From NCBI GenBank assembly GCA_965225855.1, contig CBDDCK010000005.1:192001-256000 (forward strand): DNA of 64,000 bases. Reading direction: 5' to 3'. The stretch comes from Spirochaetia bacterium (GTDB lineage: Bacteria; Spirochaetota; Spirochaetia; SP-2023). The translations under genes were made by a program, and so were the position numbers. The notes beneath the pieces were generated by a model. The model saw only the letters and a program-made list of their open reading frames with translations. It was not told the DNA's origin and did no database searches. Below are positions 10,000 to 19,356 of the stretch, in pieces; position 1 is the stretch's first letter; the number at the start of each line of letters is the position of its first letter.

Positions 10000-11277
10000 T
10001 CATTGTAAAGTTTTGTGGCGTAATTCCAAAAGTAAAGGCAAATGGTCTGAAATGCCGCTCAATGTTTGTTTGCGCCAAGCGTTAGGTTGGCCATCTGCTA
10101 GTACAAGCGGGGCAAAACGAGGCACAGTAAAACGGGCAAACTGCCATTTACGGGCGTTGGTATTGGCATACTCTGGAAAGAATTGAGCCACGAGAAAGAT
10201 ATTGTCAATTGCTTGCCATGCTCCGCGAAAGTAATAACTACCTTGGGATATTTGCTTAAATGACTTGTCTTTTGAGGCCAATTGTTCTTGTAAGATGGGC
10301 TGTTGTAAAATGGGGGCTTGGAAATATGGCTCAATAATTGCTGAATCAAAAATTGCATCGTAGGCAAACCAAGGGCTAAACAATGGCAATGGGGGCATTA
10401 GGCTAGGTGAATCCACTACAGGGCAGTTTACGTTGGAAGATTGTTGGGCTTGTTGTGGTTGGCAAGACCCATGTTTTAAGCCATATAAAATGGCAAGAGA
10501 ACTGTCGGTATATCGCACAAAGCTGTCCGCAGGTTCATTAAAATCACCCAAGACTAAAACGTAATTCCCATTTAATTGTTGTAGCCTTTGCGTAAGTACG
10601 GTTGCTGCTTGTTGCCGTTGGCCTAAGGTTTGATAATAACCCCCTCGTTGAGACTTCCAATGATTGAGCAACAATATTAGGCCATTTTCTAGGTGCACTT
10701 CAATGATAGCCCGCAATTGTTTTTGGTTGTTGGCGGTAAAACCTATTTCATGGCGTAGGCTTCTTTGAATAGCTATTCTGCTCAATAGGCCGATGTTGAT
10801 AGCCTGCCTTTTTTGGGGCAATAATAAATGGTAGCGGTAGGGTTGGTGCAATTGTAGGTTCAGTTGGTGCAATGCGGGTTTACTCTCTACTTCCATTAGG
10901 GCTAGAATGTCGGCATTTAGGCGGTCTAGCACCGCAGCTAGGCTTTTGATACGGTAGCGGAAGCCGGTTTCTCCCCAAGTTTCTTCCCAAGTATTGGACG
11001 AAGCTCGTTCTTTTGCTTTGGTTGTTTGGTTGGTTTGTTCGCCACGTTCTGCAGCCTCTCTTGGGTCATATCTTGGGTCATATTCTGGGTATTCGGTGCC
11101 TTGCCATTGGCTGTCAAATAGATTTTGTACGTTCCAAGAGACTAAGCGCAAATGCCCAGATGCTATGGGGATTTGAGCATCTGCTTGCTGGCCATTTTTT
11201 GTGCTAGCAATGCATGCACAGAGTAAGAGTAGCCAGCCTACCCATAAATAACGTCTTAGCACAACAACCTCTAACAA
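10000..11277 (-). CDS. Endonuclease/exonuclease/phosphatase family exported protein (probable lipoprotein nuclease)
   Basis: SWNVQNLFD, ADILALMEVE, NHWKS, LGDFN, SDHLP; lipobox-like LCA-C. Confidence 0.85.
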   Translation of the reverse strand: MLEVVVLRRYLWVGWLLLLCACIASTKNGQQADAQIPIASGHLRLVSWNVQNLFDSQWQGTEYPEYDPRYDPREAAERGEQTNQTTKAKERASSNTWEETWGETGFRYRIKSLAAVLDRLNADILALMEVESKPALHQLNLQLHQPYRYHLLLPQKRQAINIGLLSRIAIQRSLRHEIGFTANNQKQLRAIIEVHLENGLILLLNHWKSQRGGYYQTLGQRQQAATVLTQRLQQLNGNYVLVLGDFNEPADSFVRYTDSSLAILYGLKHGSCQPQQAQQSSNVNCPVVDSPSLMPPLPLFSPWFAYDAIFDSAIIEPYFQAPILQQPILQEQLASKDKSFKQISQGSYYFRGAWQAIDNIFLVAQFFPEYANTNARKWQFARFTVPRFAPLVLADGQPNAWRKQTLSGISDHLPLLLELRHKTLQ

Positions 11278-11459
11278 TAGACTTCTAGCTTGAATAGGTT
11301 GTTTTTATCCACTTTCTCATGCTGGGCGTGAATTTTCTAACAAAAGACAGAAGTTGTTGCTAGTTATTATATATTTGTAGTGCCACACTTATGCACAACT
11401 TTGAAACTTATCTTAGTTGTAACACCCAGAGTTTGAGAAAATTTAGTATGTGCGAGCGT

Positions 11460-11850
11460 ATTGTGTACCAAGCCCCCACCAAAAGGCAAATAAAGTAGTC
11501 GATCGTAAAAACTAGATTATCATAGTGAAAATTATTCCACTACCAAGCGAGTAGTGGGTTGCTAACCATAGTACCCACCCAAAAGGCCAGCAAGGCTTGG
11601 CGAAAGTTTATCTTGTTACAAAAAATTCTTGTTAGTTATTAAGAAACTCTCTTAATTTTTATGGCAACTTTTTAGCTTGGTGGTTTTGGCCTTGCTATGA
11701 TATAGCTTTCCGCCTTGGATCAAGGCCTTGATCCAAGGCGGAAAGATGTATTGCACCAATGCGGAACAATACTTTATACCAAGGCTATAATTGGTAAAAG
11801 CAGCCTTGATAAAAAACTTACCAAGGCTGCAATTGGCCAACTAAGCATTG
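11460..11850. repeat. Dispersed downstream module shared by the lipoprotein paralogs
   Basis: Segments recur at about 42016-42280 and 49450-49820, including the CCACTAC..GTAGTGG hairpin and family-a units. Confidence 0.7.
11706..11745. repeat. Perfect 40-bp palindrome with no spacer
   Basis: CTTTCCGCCTTGGATCAAGG|CCTTGATCCAAGGCGGAAAG. Confidence 0.95.
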
Positions 11851-11949
11851 CTTACCGCATTTACTTGGTTGACCGCCCGCTAGCTTTGACTTAGCCTATG
11901 CTCTAATAGCTATTGGGCAAGCAAGGTTAAACCAAACCCTACTTAAAAT

Positions 11950-13800
11950 TTATAAAACTTCAATACTAGTGGTTGTGTCTGCTGGACTACCCATTACAAA
12001 TCCTGCTGCTGCTTTAAGGTTGTATGCACCATTATTATCACGAAGACCAGTCTTAACCAGTATCTTATCGGCTTCCGCTTTTACACTACCGCTTAAAGTA
12101 ATGAAGAAGACGGTTTTTAATACAACTTTGCCTGTTGCTGTGTTTTCACCTGCGGTTGCGTGCTGGGGTAATGTGTAGCTATTATTACCATCACCGGATA
12201 CAAGCGTCAATTTGCTAAAGTCCCAGTCTGCAACTGTTGACGGTAAATTGACACCATAAAGCCGTAACTGGCCTTTATTAGGAAGGTAGTATACGAAGTT
12301 GATCTGGCTTGCGTAGCCACTAACGGTAATAGGGTTATTGCTTGTGTCTGCTGCCCTACCACCTGCAAAGCCTGCTGCTGCTTCCAGGTTGTATGCACCA
12401 CCAGTAATTCCTGTAAGACCATTCCTAGACAACATATCCTCGGCTTCCGCTTGCGCTTTTACCCTACCGCTTAAAGTAATCGTTAAGCTTGTTGCACTTG
12501 CTGCAGAACCTTCGGCTCTGTTTGCACCTGTGGTTGCGTGCTGGGGTAATGTGTAGCTGTGTAAACTATAACTTATTTTAAACCTCAATTTGCTAAAGTC
12601 CCAGCCTGCAACTGCTTTTGGTAAATTAGTACCTGTAATCACTAACACGCCTGTATTAGCATTGTAGGTTGCACTGGTAATTGCGGGTGGGTGTCCACTA
12701 ACGGCTAAGGCTTTGGCTGTATCTAAACCTGCCCAAGTACCAGTGCCAACGCTAAGCAACCCATCTTTTAGACCATTGCTATCCATACCGGGCTTGCCAT
12801 TTAGAGTAGCTTTATGTTGATCGGTAAGGTAAAGCCAAATCGCTGTGCCATCGCCTTTAATACGGTACTTACCTTTTGCAAGACTGCGACTATCTGGCCC
12901 AGTGGCTGTGCCATCTGCAGTATAGGAATCTAAAGCTATCCCATCTACCGTGATGGTTTGGATTTGGGCTTGGGTCGCACTAGCTAAGTGAGTACCTTGT
13001 AAAGTTAACAGCGCCGTGCCGACATGGTAGGTTGCACGGGTAATTGCAGCTTCGGGTAGTTCAGACGACTGCTCTTCGGTTTCGGTCTTAGACTGCTTAT
13101 CTTCGGCTTGTTCGGTTTGTTCGGCTTCGGGTAGTTCAGACGACTGCTCTTCGGTTTCGGTCTTAGACTGCTTATCTTCAGCTTGTTCGTCTTGTTCGTC
13201 TTTAGGTTGCTTAGGCGACTCCTCTTCAGCTTGTTCGACTTGTTTGTCTTTAGGTTGCTTAGGCGATTGATCATCGACTTGTTCGGTTTGTTCGGCTTCG
13301 GGTAACTTAGGCGACTCTTCTTCGGTTTCGGTCTGCTTATCGGGTATATTGCTAACGGTTAAGTCTTTGGCTGTATCTAAACCCGCCCAAGCACCAGAGC
13401 TAGTAAGCAACCCTTTTTTTAGACCATTGCTACCCACCTTGGCCTCAAGAACAGCTTTATGTTGATCGGTAAGTTTCAGCCAAAGCGCTGTGCCATCGGT
13501 TGCAATACGGTACTTACCTTTTGCAAGATCGCGACTATCTGGCCCAGTGGCTGGGTCATCTGCAGTATAGGAACTTAAGGCTACCCCATCTACTACGATG
13601 GTTTGGATTTGCGCTTCTGTAGGACTTAAGTTAGTACCTTGTACGGTTAACAGCGCCGTAGCAAAGTCGTAGATGGCGTTATTGATAGTCGGCTTAGACG
13701 GCCCAGAAGATCGATCATCGTCATCGGGTGGTGCGCAGGCAAAGGCCATAAAGGCCAGTAGCCAGGCTAATGGCAATAAAAATAGTTTGAGCTTATACAT
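11950..13800 (-). CDS. Modular surface lipoprotein, paralog A (D1-acidic linker-D1-D2-D2)
   Basis: Signal peptide ending FMAFA-C; GGAGG RBS; repeated beta-rich domains; paralogs at 42296 and 49844. Confidence 0.85.
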   Translation of the reverse strand: MYKLKLFLLPLAWLLAFMAFACAPPDDDDRSSGPSKPTINNAIYDFATALLTVQGTNLSPTEAQIQTIVVDGVALSSYTADDPATGPDSRDLAKGKYRIATDGTALWLKLTDQHKAVLEAKVGSNGLKKGLLTSSGAWAGLDTAKDLTVSNIPDKQTETEEESPKLPEAEQTEQVDDQSPKQPKDKQVEQAEEESPKQPKDEQDEQAEDKQSKTETEEQSSELPEAEQTEQAEDKQSKTETEEQSSELPEAAITRATYHVGTALLTLQGTHLASATQAQIQTITVDGIALDSYTADGTATGPDSRSLAKGKYRIKGDGTAIWLYLTDQHKATLNGKPGMDSNGLKDGLLSVGTGTWAGLDTAKALAVSGHPPAITSATYNANTGVLVITGTNLPKAVAGWDFSKLRFKISYSLHSYTLPQHATTGANRAEGSAASATSLTITLSGRVKAQAEAEDMLSRNGLTGITGGAYNLEAAAGFAGGRAADTSNNPITVSGYASQINFVYYLPNKGQLRLYGVNLPSTVADWDFSKLTLVSGDGNNSYTLPQHATAGENTATGKVVLKTVFFITLSGSVKAEADKILVKTGLRDNNGAYNLKAAAGFVMGSPADTTTSIEVL

Positions 13801-13863
13801 AAGCAATACCTCCAACAAGGGATAAAGATTAGCCAACCCATACGGGCTAGTGCATAGAGCCCT

Positions 13864-13890
13864 ATTGTGTTAGGGGGGGAATTGAGTCAA
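13864..13890 (-). promoter_or_regulatory. Predicted promoter of paralog A with a C7 tract in the spacer
   Basis: TTGACT-caattCCCCCCCtaa-CACAAT (15-nt spacer). Confidence 0.55.
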
Positions 13891-14265
13891 GGCCTATATA
13901 AGATTTTTGTAAGTTTTTTTGTGCTTTTTTTATGTGTTGGCACTTTTTTTGTGTGTTAGTGTTGTTTTAGTGTTGGTTGGGGGTTAAAAATAAATGCCAA
14001 TCCATTTGCATTGAATATTAGTTGAATCTATAAACAATCAAAGCAACCAATCCATAGTTATAGACGCAACCAGTCCATAATTGTTACTTTTCAAAAGTAC
14101 ATAATTAGGGCATGGTTTGGTTTTTGTTGTGAAGGCTTGGGGTTGAGAGGGGTGGTGGCTTTTTGGAAAATTCCCCGTTATTGATAGTAAAGTATGCTTT
14201 GCTTTAATTGTTATTGGGTAAGCGCAGTCAAACTAAACCCCACTAATGAAACCTGTTGTGTCTTT

Positions 14266-17202
14266 TCACTCACCACCTGCAAATCCTTCTGATACTGACA
14301 AACATCTTTTGCAAATCAGTTTTCCGTATTTTGCCTCACCATCTGCAAATCCTTCTGATGATTCAAGGTTGTATGCACTAGGATTATCACGAATACCATA
14401 CTTAACCAGTATAGCATCGGCTTTGGCTTTTTCACTACCGCTTAAAGTAATCGTTAAGCTTGTTGTACTTGCATCAGAACCTGTGGCTGTGTCTCTACCT
14501 GAAGTTGCGTGCGCTTTTAGTGGAGCACTCTTAGAACCATTACCTGCGACAAACTGCAATTTGGTAAAGTCCCAGTCATCAACTGCTGTTGGTAAATTGA
14601 CACCTGTAATCACTAATTTACCCGTATCTACAGTATAGGTTACGCTGGTGATTGCGGGTAGCTTAGTAGGGGACTGCGGATTGTTTGCGCTTAGCTTATT
14701 AGACGACTGCGGATTGTTTGGGCTTGGCTTATTAGACGACTGCGGATTATTTGTGCTTAGCTTAGGAGTCGACTTTGGATTGTTTGTGCTTAGCTTAGTA
14801 GGGGACTGCGGATTGTTTGCGCTTAGCTTATTAGACGACTGCGGATTGTTTGGGCTTGGCTTAGTAGGGGACTGCGGATTGTTTGCGCTTAGCTTAGTAG
14901 TCGACTGCGGATTGTTTGGGCTTGGCTTATTAGACGACTGCTCATTAGCTGCGCTTAGCTTATTAGACGACTGCGGATTGTTTGGGCTTGGCTTATTAGA
15001 CGACTGCTCATTAGCTGCGCTTAGCTTATTAGACGACTGCGGATTGTTTAGGCTTGGCTTAGGAGTCGACTGCGTATTGTTTGTGCTTAAATTAGGAGGG
15101 GACTGTTGATTGTTTGTGCTTAGCTTAGTAGTCGACTGTTGATTGTTTGCGCTTGGATTGGTAGTCGACTGTTGATTGTTTGTGCTTAGCTTAGTAGTCG
15201 ACTGTTGATTGTTTGCGCTTGGATTAGGAGACGACTGTTGATTGTTTGTGCTTAGCTTAGTAGTCGACTGTTGATTGTTTGCGCTTGGATTAGGAGACGA
15301 CTGTTGATTGTTTGTGCTTAGCTTAGTAGTCGACTGCGTATTGTTTGTGCTTAGCTTAGTAGTCGACTGCGTATTGTTTGTGCTTAGCTTAGTAGTCGAC
15401 TGTTGATTGTTTGCGCTTGGCTTAGTAGTTGACTGCGTATTGTTTGTACTTGGCTTAGTAGTTGACTGCGGATTGTTTGGGCTTGGATTGGTAGGGGACT
15501 GCGGATTGTTTGGGCTTAGCTTAGTAGGGGACTGCGTATTGTTTGCGCTTGGATTGGTAGAAGACTGTTGATTGTTTGGGCTTAGCTTAGTAGGGGACTG
15601 CGTATTGTTTGCGCTTGGATTGGTAGAAGACTGTTGATTGTTTGCGCTTGGATTGGTAGAAGACTGTTGATTGTTTGCGCTTAGCTTAGTAGGGGACTGC
15701 GGATTGTTTGCGCTTGGATTGGTAGTCGACTGCGGATTGTTTGTGCTTGGCTTAGTAGTCGACTGTTGATTGTTTGCGCTTAGCTTAGTAGTCGACTGTT
15801 GATTGTTTGCGCTTGGATTGGTAGTCGACTGCGGATTGTTTGCGCTTGGATTGGTAGAAGACTGTTGATTGTTTGCGCTTGGATTGGTAGAAGACTGTTG
15901 ATTGTTTGCGCTTAGCTTAGTAGGGGACTGCGGATTGTTTGCGCTTAGCTTAGTAGGGGACTGCGGATTGTTTGTGCTTAGCTTAGTAGGGGACTGCGGA
16001 TTGTTTGCGCTTGGATTAGTAGGGGACTGCGGATTGTTTGCGCTTGGATTGGTAGTCGACTGCGGATTGTTTGCGCTTGGCTTAGTAGTCGACTGTTGAT
16101 TGTTTGTGCTTGGCTTAGTAGAAGACTGCGGATTGTTTGCGCTTGGATTGGTAGTCGACTGTTGATTGTTTGCGCTTGGATTGGTAGTCGACTGTTGATT
16201 GTTTGCGCTTGGATTGGTAGTCGACTGTTGATTGTTTGCGCTTGGATTGGTAGTCGACTGTTGATTGTTTGCGCTTGGATTGGTAGTCGACTGTTGATTG
16301 TTTGCGCTTGGATTGGTAGTCGACTGTTGATTGTTTGCGCTTGGATTGGTAGTCGACTGTTGATTGTTTGCGCTTAGCTTAGTAGAAGACTGCGGATTGT
16401 TTGCGCTTGGATTGGTAGTCGACTGTTGATTGTTTGCGCTTGGATTGGTAGTCGACTGTTGATTGTTTGCGCTTGGATTGGTAGTCGACTGTTGATTGTT
16501 TGCGCTTGGATTGGTAGTCGACTGTTGATTGTTTGCGCTTGGATTGGTAGTCGACTGTTGATTGTTTGCGCTTAGCTTAGTAGAAGACTGCGGATTGTTT
16601 GCGCTTGGATTGGTAGTCGACTGTTGATTGTTTGCGCTTGGATTGGTAGTCGACTGTTGATTGTTTGCGCTTGGATTGGTAGTCGACTGTTGATTGTTTG
16701 CGCTTAGCTTAGTAGAAGACTGCGGATTGTTTGCGCTTGGATTGGTAGAAGACTGTTGATTGTTTGGGCTTGGATTGGTAGGGGACTGCGGATTGTTTGT
16801 GCTTGGCTTAGTAGAAGACTGCGGATTGTTTGCGCTTGGATTGGTAGTCGACTGTTGATTGTTTGCGCTTGGATTGGTAGGCGACTGTTGATTGTTTGCG
16901 CTTGGCTTAGTAGGCGACTGTTGATTGTTTGCGCTTAGATTAGTAGGGGACTGCGGATTGTTTGGGCTTAGATTAGTAGGGGACTGCGGATTGTTTGGGC
17001 TTAGATTAGTAGGGGACTGTTGATTGTTTGCGCTTGGCTTAGTAGGCGACTGATTATTGTTTGCGCTTGGCTTAGTAGGGGACTGCTCATTATCTGCGCT
17101 TGGCTTACGAGGCGACTTATTATTGCCTTTGGCGCAGGAAAACGTCAGTATAAAGCCCAGTAACAACCCTACAGGGAATAAAAATAGTTTATACTTATTC
17201 AT
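14266..17202 (-). CDS. Mucin-like Ser/Thr/Asn/Gln/Pro repeat lipoprotein, paralog B, with one C-terminal D2 domain
   Basis: Lipobox LTFS-C; 11-aa repeats (STTNPSANNQQ variants); C-terminal domain homologous to paralogs A, C, D. Confidence 0.85.
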   Translation of the reverse strand: MNKYKLFLFPVGLLLGFILTFSCAKGNNKSPRKPSADNEQSPTKPSANNNQSPTKPSANNQQSPTNLSPNNPQSPTNLSPNNPQSPTNLSANNQQSPTKPSANNQQSPTNPSANNQQSTTNPSANNPQSSTKPSTNNPQSPTNPSPNNQQSSTNPSANNPQSSTKLSANNQQSTTNPSANNQQSTTNPSANNQQSTTNPSANNPQSSTKLSANNQQSTTNPSANNQQSTTNPSANNQQSTTNPSANNQQSTTNPSANNQQSTTNPSANNPQSSTKLSANNQQSTTNPSANNQQSTTNPSANNQQSTTNPSANNQQSTTNPSANNQQSTTNPSANNQQSTTNPSANNQQSTTNPSANNPQSSTKPSTNNQQSTTKPSANNPQSTTNPSANNPQSPTNPSANNPQSPTKLSTNNPQSPTKLSANNPQSPTKLSANNQQSSTNPSANNQQSSTNPSANNPQSTTNPSANNQQSTTKLSANNQQSTTKPSTNNPQSTTNPSANNPQSPTKLSANNQQSSTNPSANNQQSSTNPSANNTQSPTKLSPNNQQSSTNPSANNTQSPTKLSPNNPQSPTNPSPNNPQSTTKPSTNNTQSTTKPSANNQQSTTKLSTNNTQSTTKLSTNNTQSTTKLSTNNQQSSPNPSANNQQSTTKLSTNNQQSSPNPSANNQQSTTKLSTNNQQSTTNPSANNQQSTTKLSTNNQQSPPNLSTNNTQSTPKPSLNNPQSSNKLSAANEQSSNKPSPNNPQSSNKLSAANEQSSNKPSPNNPQSTTKLSANNPQSPTKPSPNNPQSSNKLSANNPQSPTKLSTNNPKSTPKLSTNNPQSSNKPSPNNPQSSNKLSANNPQSPTKLPAITSVTYTVDTGKLVITGVNLPTAVDDWDFTKLQFVAGNGSKSAPLKAHATSGRDTATGSDASTTSLTITLSGSEKAKADAILVKYGIRDNPSAYNLESSEGFADGEAKYGKLICKRCLSVSEGFAGGE
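14659..17115 (-). repeat. Coding 33-bp tandem repeat, about 74 units
   Basis: Unit e.g. tgcgcttggattggtagtcgactgttgattgtt; span divided by 33 is about 74. Confidence 0.95.
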
Positions 17203-17401
17203 AGGCAACATCTCTAAAAAGAAATTGAGATTAGCAAACCCATACAAGCTGCTGTATAACGCCCTACTGTATAAGGAGGAGGAGGTGAGTCAAGGCCCTT
17301 ACAAACTTTTAGACACTTTTTTTGTGTTTTTGTTAGGTTCTTAGTATTGTAAGGTGGTTAAAAATCAATACCAATAAATTGATATTCAATATTATCTGAA
17401 T

Positions 17402-17507
17402 CCATAAATAATCAAAGTGACCAATCCATAGTTATAGACGCGACGAGTCGATAACTATGGGCCGACCTAGTCCATAATTGTTACTTTTAAAAAGTACATA
17501 ATTAGGT
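17402..17507. repeat. 23/24-bp array, family b (CCATAGTTATCG / CGATAACTATGG core)
   Basis: Cores at 17402, 17426, 17449, 17472, 17496; related copies at 14028-14110, 41208-41265 and about 49407. Confidence 0.75.
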
Positions 17508-17615
17508 TACGGTTTGGTTTTTAGTGTGAAGGCTTGGGGGGTATTAAGCTTTACCGAATGCCCGAAAGCCCAAAGAAAGCTCAAGGTTGTGAAAATTAAC
17601 AATCGGGAACTGTTA

Positions 17616-18869
17616 TTATCGCTCCAGCAATTGATACAAGGGCAAGTATTTTGCTAGCCATACAATGCCAATTTGCAATAATAACAGCAACCCTTGAACT
17701 ACATAATTCAATTGCAATCCATCTAATTTTCTTCGTGAATCCATTTGCCTATCTTCTTTTAAAAGGCCAACGAAAGTAGATTCTCCCCTGAAAACTGAAC
17801 ATAAAATTGCATCAAGAGAGCTAAAAATTTTTGTTCTGCAAAATTTTGTCGGAGAATTTAATAGTTTTTGATAGTAAAAAAAAATCAGTTGCATCATCTG
17901 ACCCAAACGTCCTGGCAAACGCAATTCGGTACTAATCGCAAAGCGCGACATTTGCATTAAATTGAGCAGAAAAAATGCTTTGCCAAACCCTCGCTCTAAA
18001 GCACCTTGGGTCAAAGTAAAATGAAAATAAACAATATTGATTTCCCAAAGCAACTTACCAGAAGGCAATAATAAATGGAAAAACACAAGTACAATTAGCA
18101 ATATGATGATCGAGTGCCACCAAGGGCGGTAGCCTAATAATTTATTCAACCATAAAAACAACAATAATGGAAATACCAAATAAATAGGCTCATACTTTTG
18201 AGTTGCAAACATTAAGCCCAAACTAGAAAGACCAAAAACAAAACGCTGCAATGCTGCGTTGTTTTTCCAGCAATTGTTTATAGTAATTTTGGGAGTTTGT
18301 ATTTTATTGCAGAAGCCTCCAAAATTTTCATTTTCTACTGAAGATTTGAAAATACGCGATGTAGACTCATACCACAAAGAACCACGTGAAAATTGCAAAG
18401 CAAAAAGCCCGAGCAAAGCCCCACTACCCAAACCAAAACTGGTGCTCCAAGGGATAAGCAAACTGCCCGTCCCTGGAAAAAAATAGCTAAGTGCAAGCAC
18501 AAGCTGTACTCCGTTACTGGAAGCAGCCCCGATTATGCTAATTCCAAAGAGGGAAAAATGTTTTGGCAATTGTGCGAATAGCCACATTGTCGTACCACTA
18601 GCAAGGCTTGATAATGCCGAAAATACCGCAATATAAGACAACAAACTACCTGATATCAAACTATGGCAAAAAGTTTTGAAGAATACTACTAATAACAACT
18701 CTTTGAATTTTAACTGATTCACAAATAATAAAATGGGCAAATTCGCAATGCCCAATTTTAAAAATGGCATTGGCTTTGGTATGGACATTTCAATGGTAGC
18801 TAAAAATAAAGACAAACCTGCAAGCTGTAACAAAAGCTCAAAACGTGAATATGGTATTTCTGCCCTCAC
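17616..18869 (-). CDS. Gx transporter family membrane protein with extended C-terminal membrane region
   Basis: IE..IPKPMPFLKLGIANL and SLFGISIIGAASSN..QL motifs; many TM segments. Confidence 0.75.
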   Translation of the reverse strand: MRAEIPYSRFELLLQLAGLSLFLATIEMSIPKPMPFLKLGIANLPILLFVNQLKFKELLLVVFFKTFCHSLISGSLLSYIAVFSALSSLASGTTMWLFAQLPKHFSLFGISIIGAASSNGVQLVLALSYFFPGTGSLLIPWSTSFGLGSGALLGLFALQFSRGSLWYESTSRIFKSSVENENFGGFCNKIQTPKITINNCWKNNAALQRFVFGLSSLGLMFATQKYEPIYLVFPLLLFLWLNKLLGYRPWWHSIIILLIVLVFFHLLLPSGKLLWEINIVYFHFTLTQGALERGFGKAFFLLNLMQMSRFAISTELRLPGRLGQMMQLIFFYYQKLLNSPTKFCRTKIFSSLDAILCSVFRGESTFVGLLKEDRQMDSRRKLDGLQLNYVVQGLLLLLQIGIVWLAKYLPLYQLLER

Positions 18870-18892
18870 AATATACTCATAAGGAAAGAATA

Positions 18893-19336
18893 TTAAGAGA
18901 CGGTTGCATCTAGGTTGAAAGGATTATTGATATTGGCTTCTTCTTTTGCAGCTTGTATCTGTATAAAAACTTTGTTCGGTAGGCAAGCTATCCATTGCCC
19001 AATACTTTCAATTGCTCCACGCAGCACGCAATACTGTAAAAGGCAATCCGATTCTTGAACCCATACTTGGTTATTTTCAGCCTGTATTAGCATTATCTTT
19101 TCCTCAACATCATTTTTTAAAATTAAGTTAAGGCTTTTATCAAGTGGGTAAAATGAACGTTGAGCTTTATGGGTAATTTCAATAATAAGGCGATTATTTT
19201 CTGCAACACGGTTCCAATGCCAAGCATAAAAAGATAATAACCCTAAACTAATTAAAAGTAGCATATCGCCCCAACGAAGCTCGCTAAAAAACTTGCTTGG
19301 AAAAATTTTTGTATTGGGGTTATAAGAAAAACACAT
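18893..19336 (-). CDS. NusG domain II-containing membrane-anchored protein
   Basis: GD-TM start, ESDC..YCV..G.I...GQWIACLPNKVFI. Confidence 0.8.
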   Translation of the reverse strand: MCFSYNPNTKIFPSKFFSELRWGDMLLLISLGLLSFYAWHWNRVAENNRLIIEITHKAQRSFYPLDKSLNLILKNDVEEKIMLIQAENNQVWVQESDCLLQYCVLRGAIESIGQWIACLPNKVFIQIQAAKEEANINNPFNLDATVS

Positions 19337-19356
19337 AACTTATTTTTTAAGCTGAA

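Noticed and set aside
14659..17115. 33-bp array as CRISPR or non-coding satellite; plus-strand ORFs inside it
   Set aside because: It lies in frame within a lipoprotein gene; the opposite-strand ORFs are shadows of the repeat
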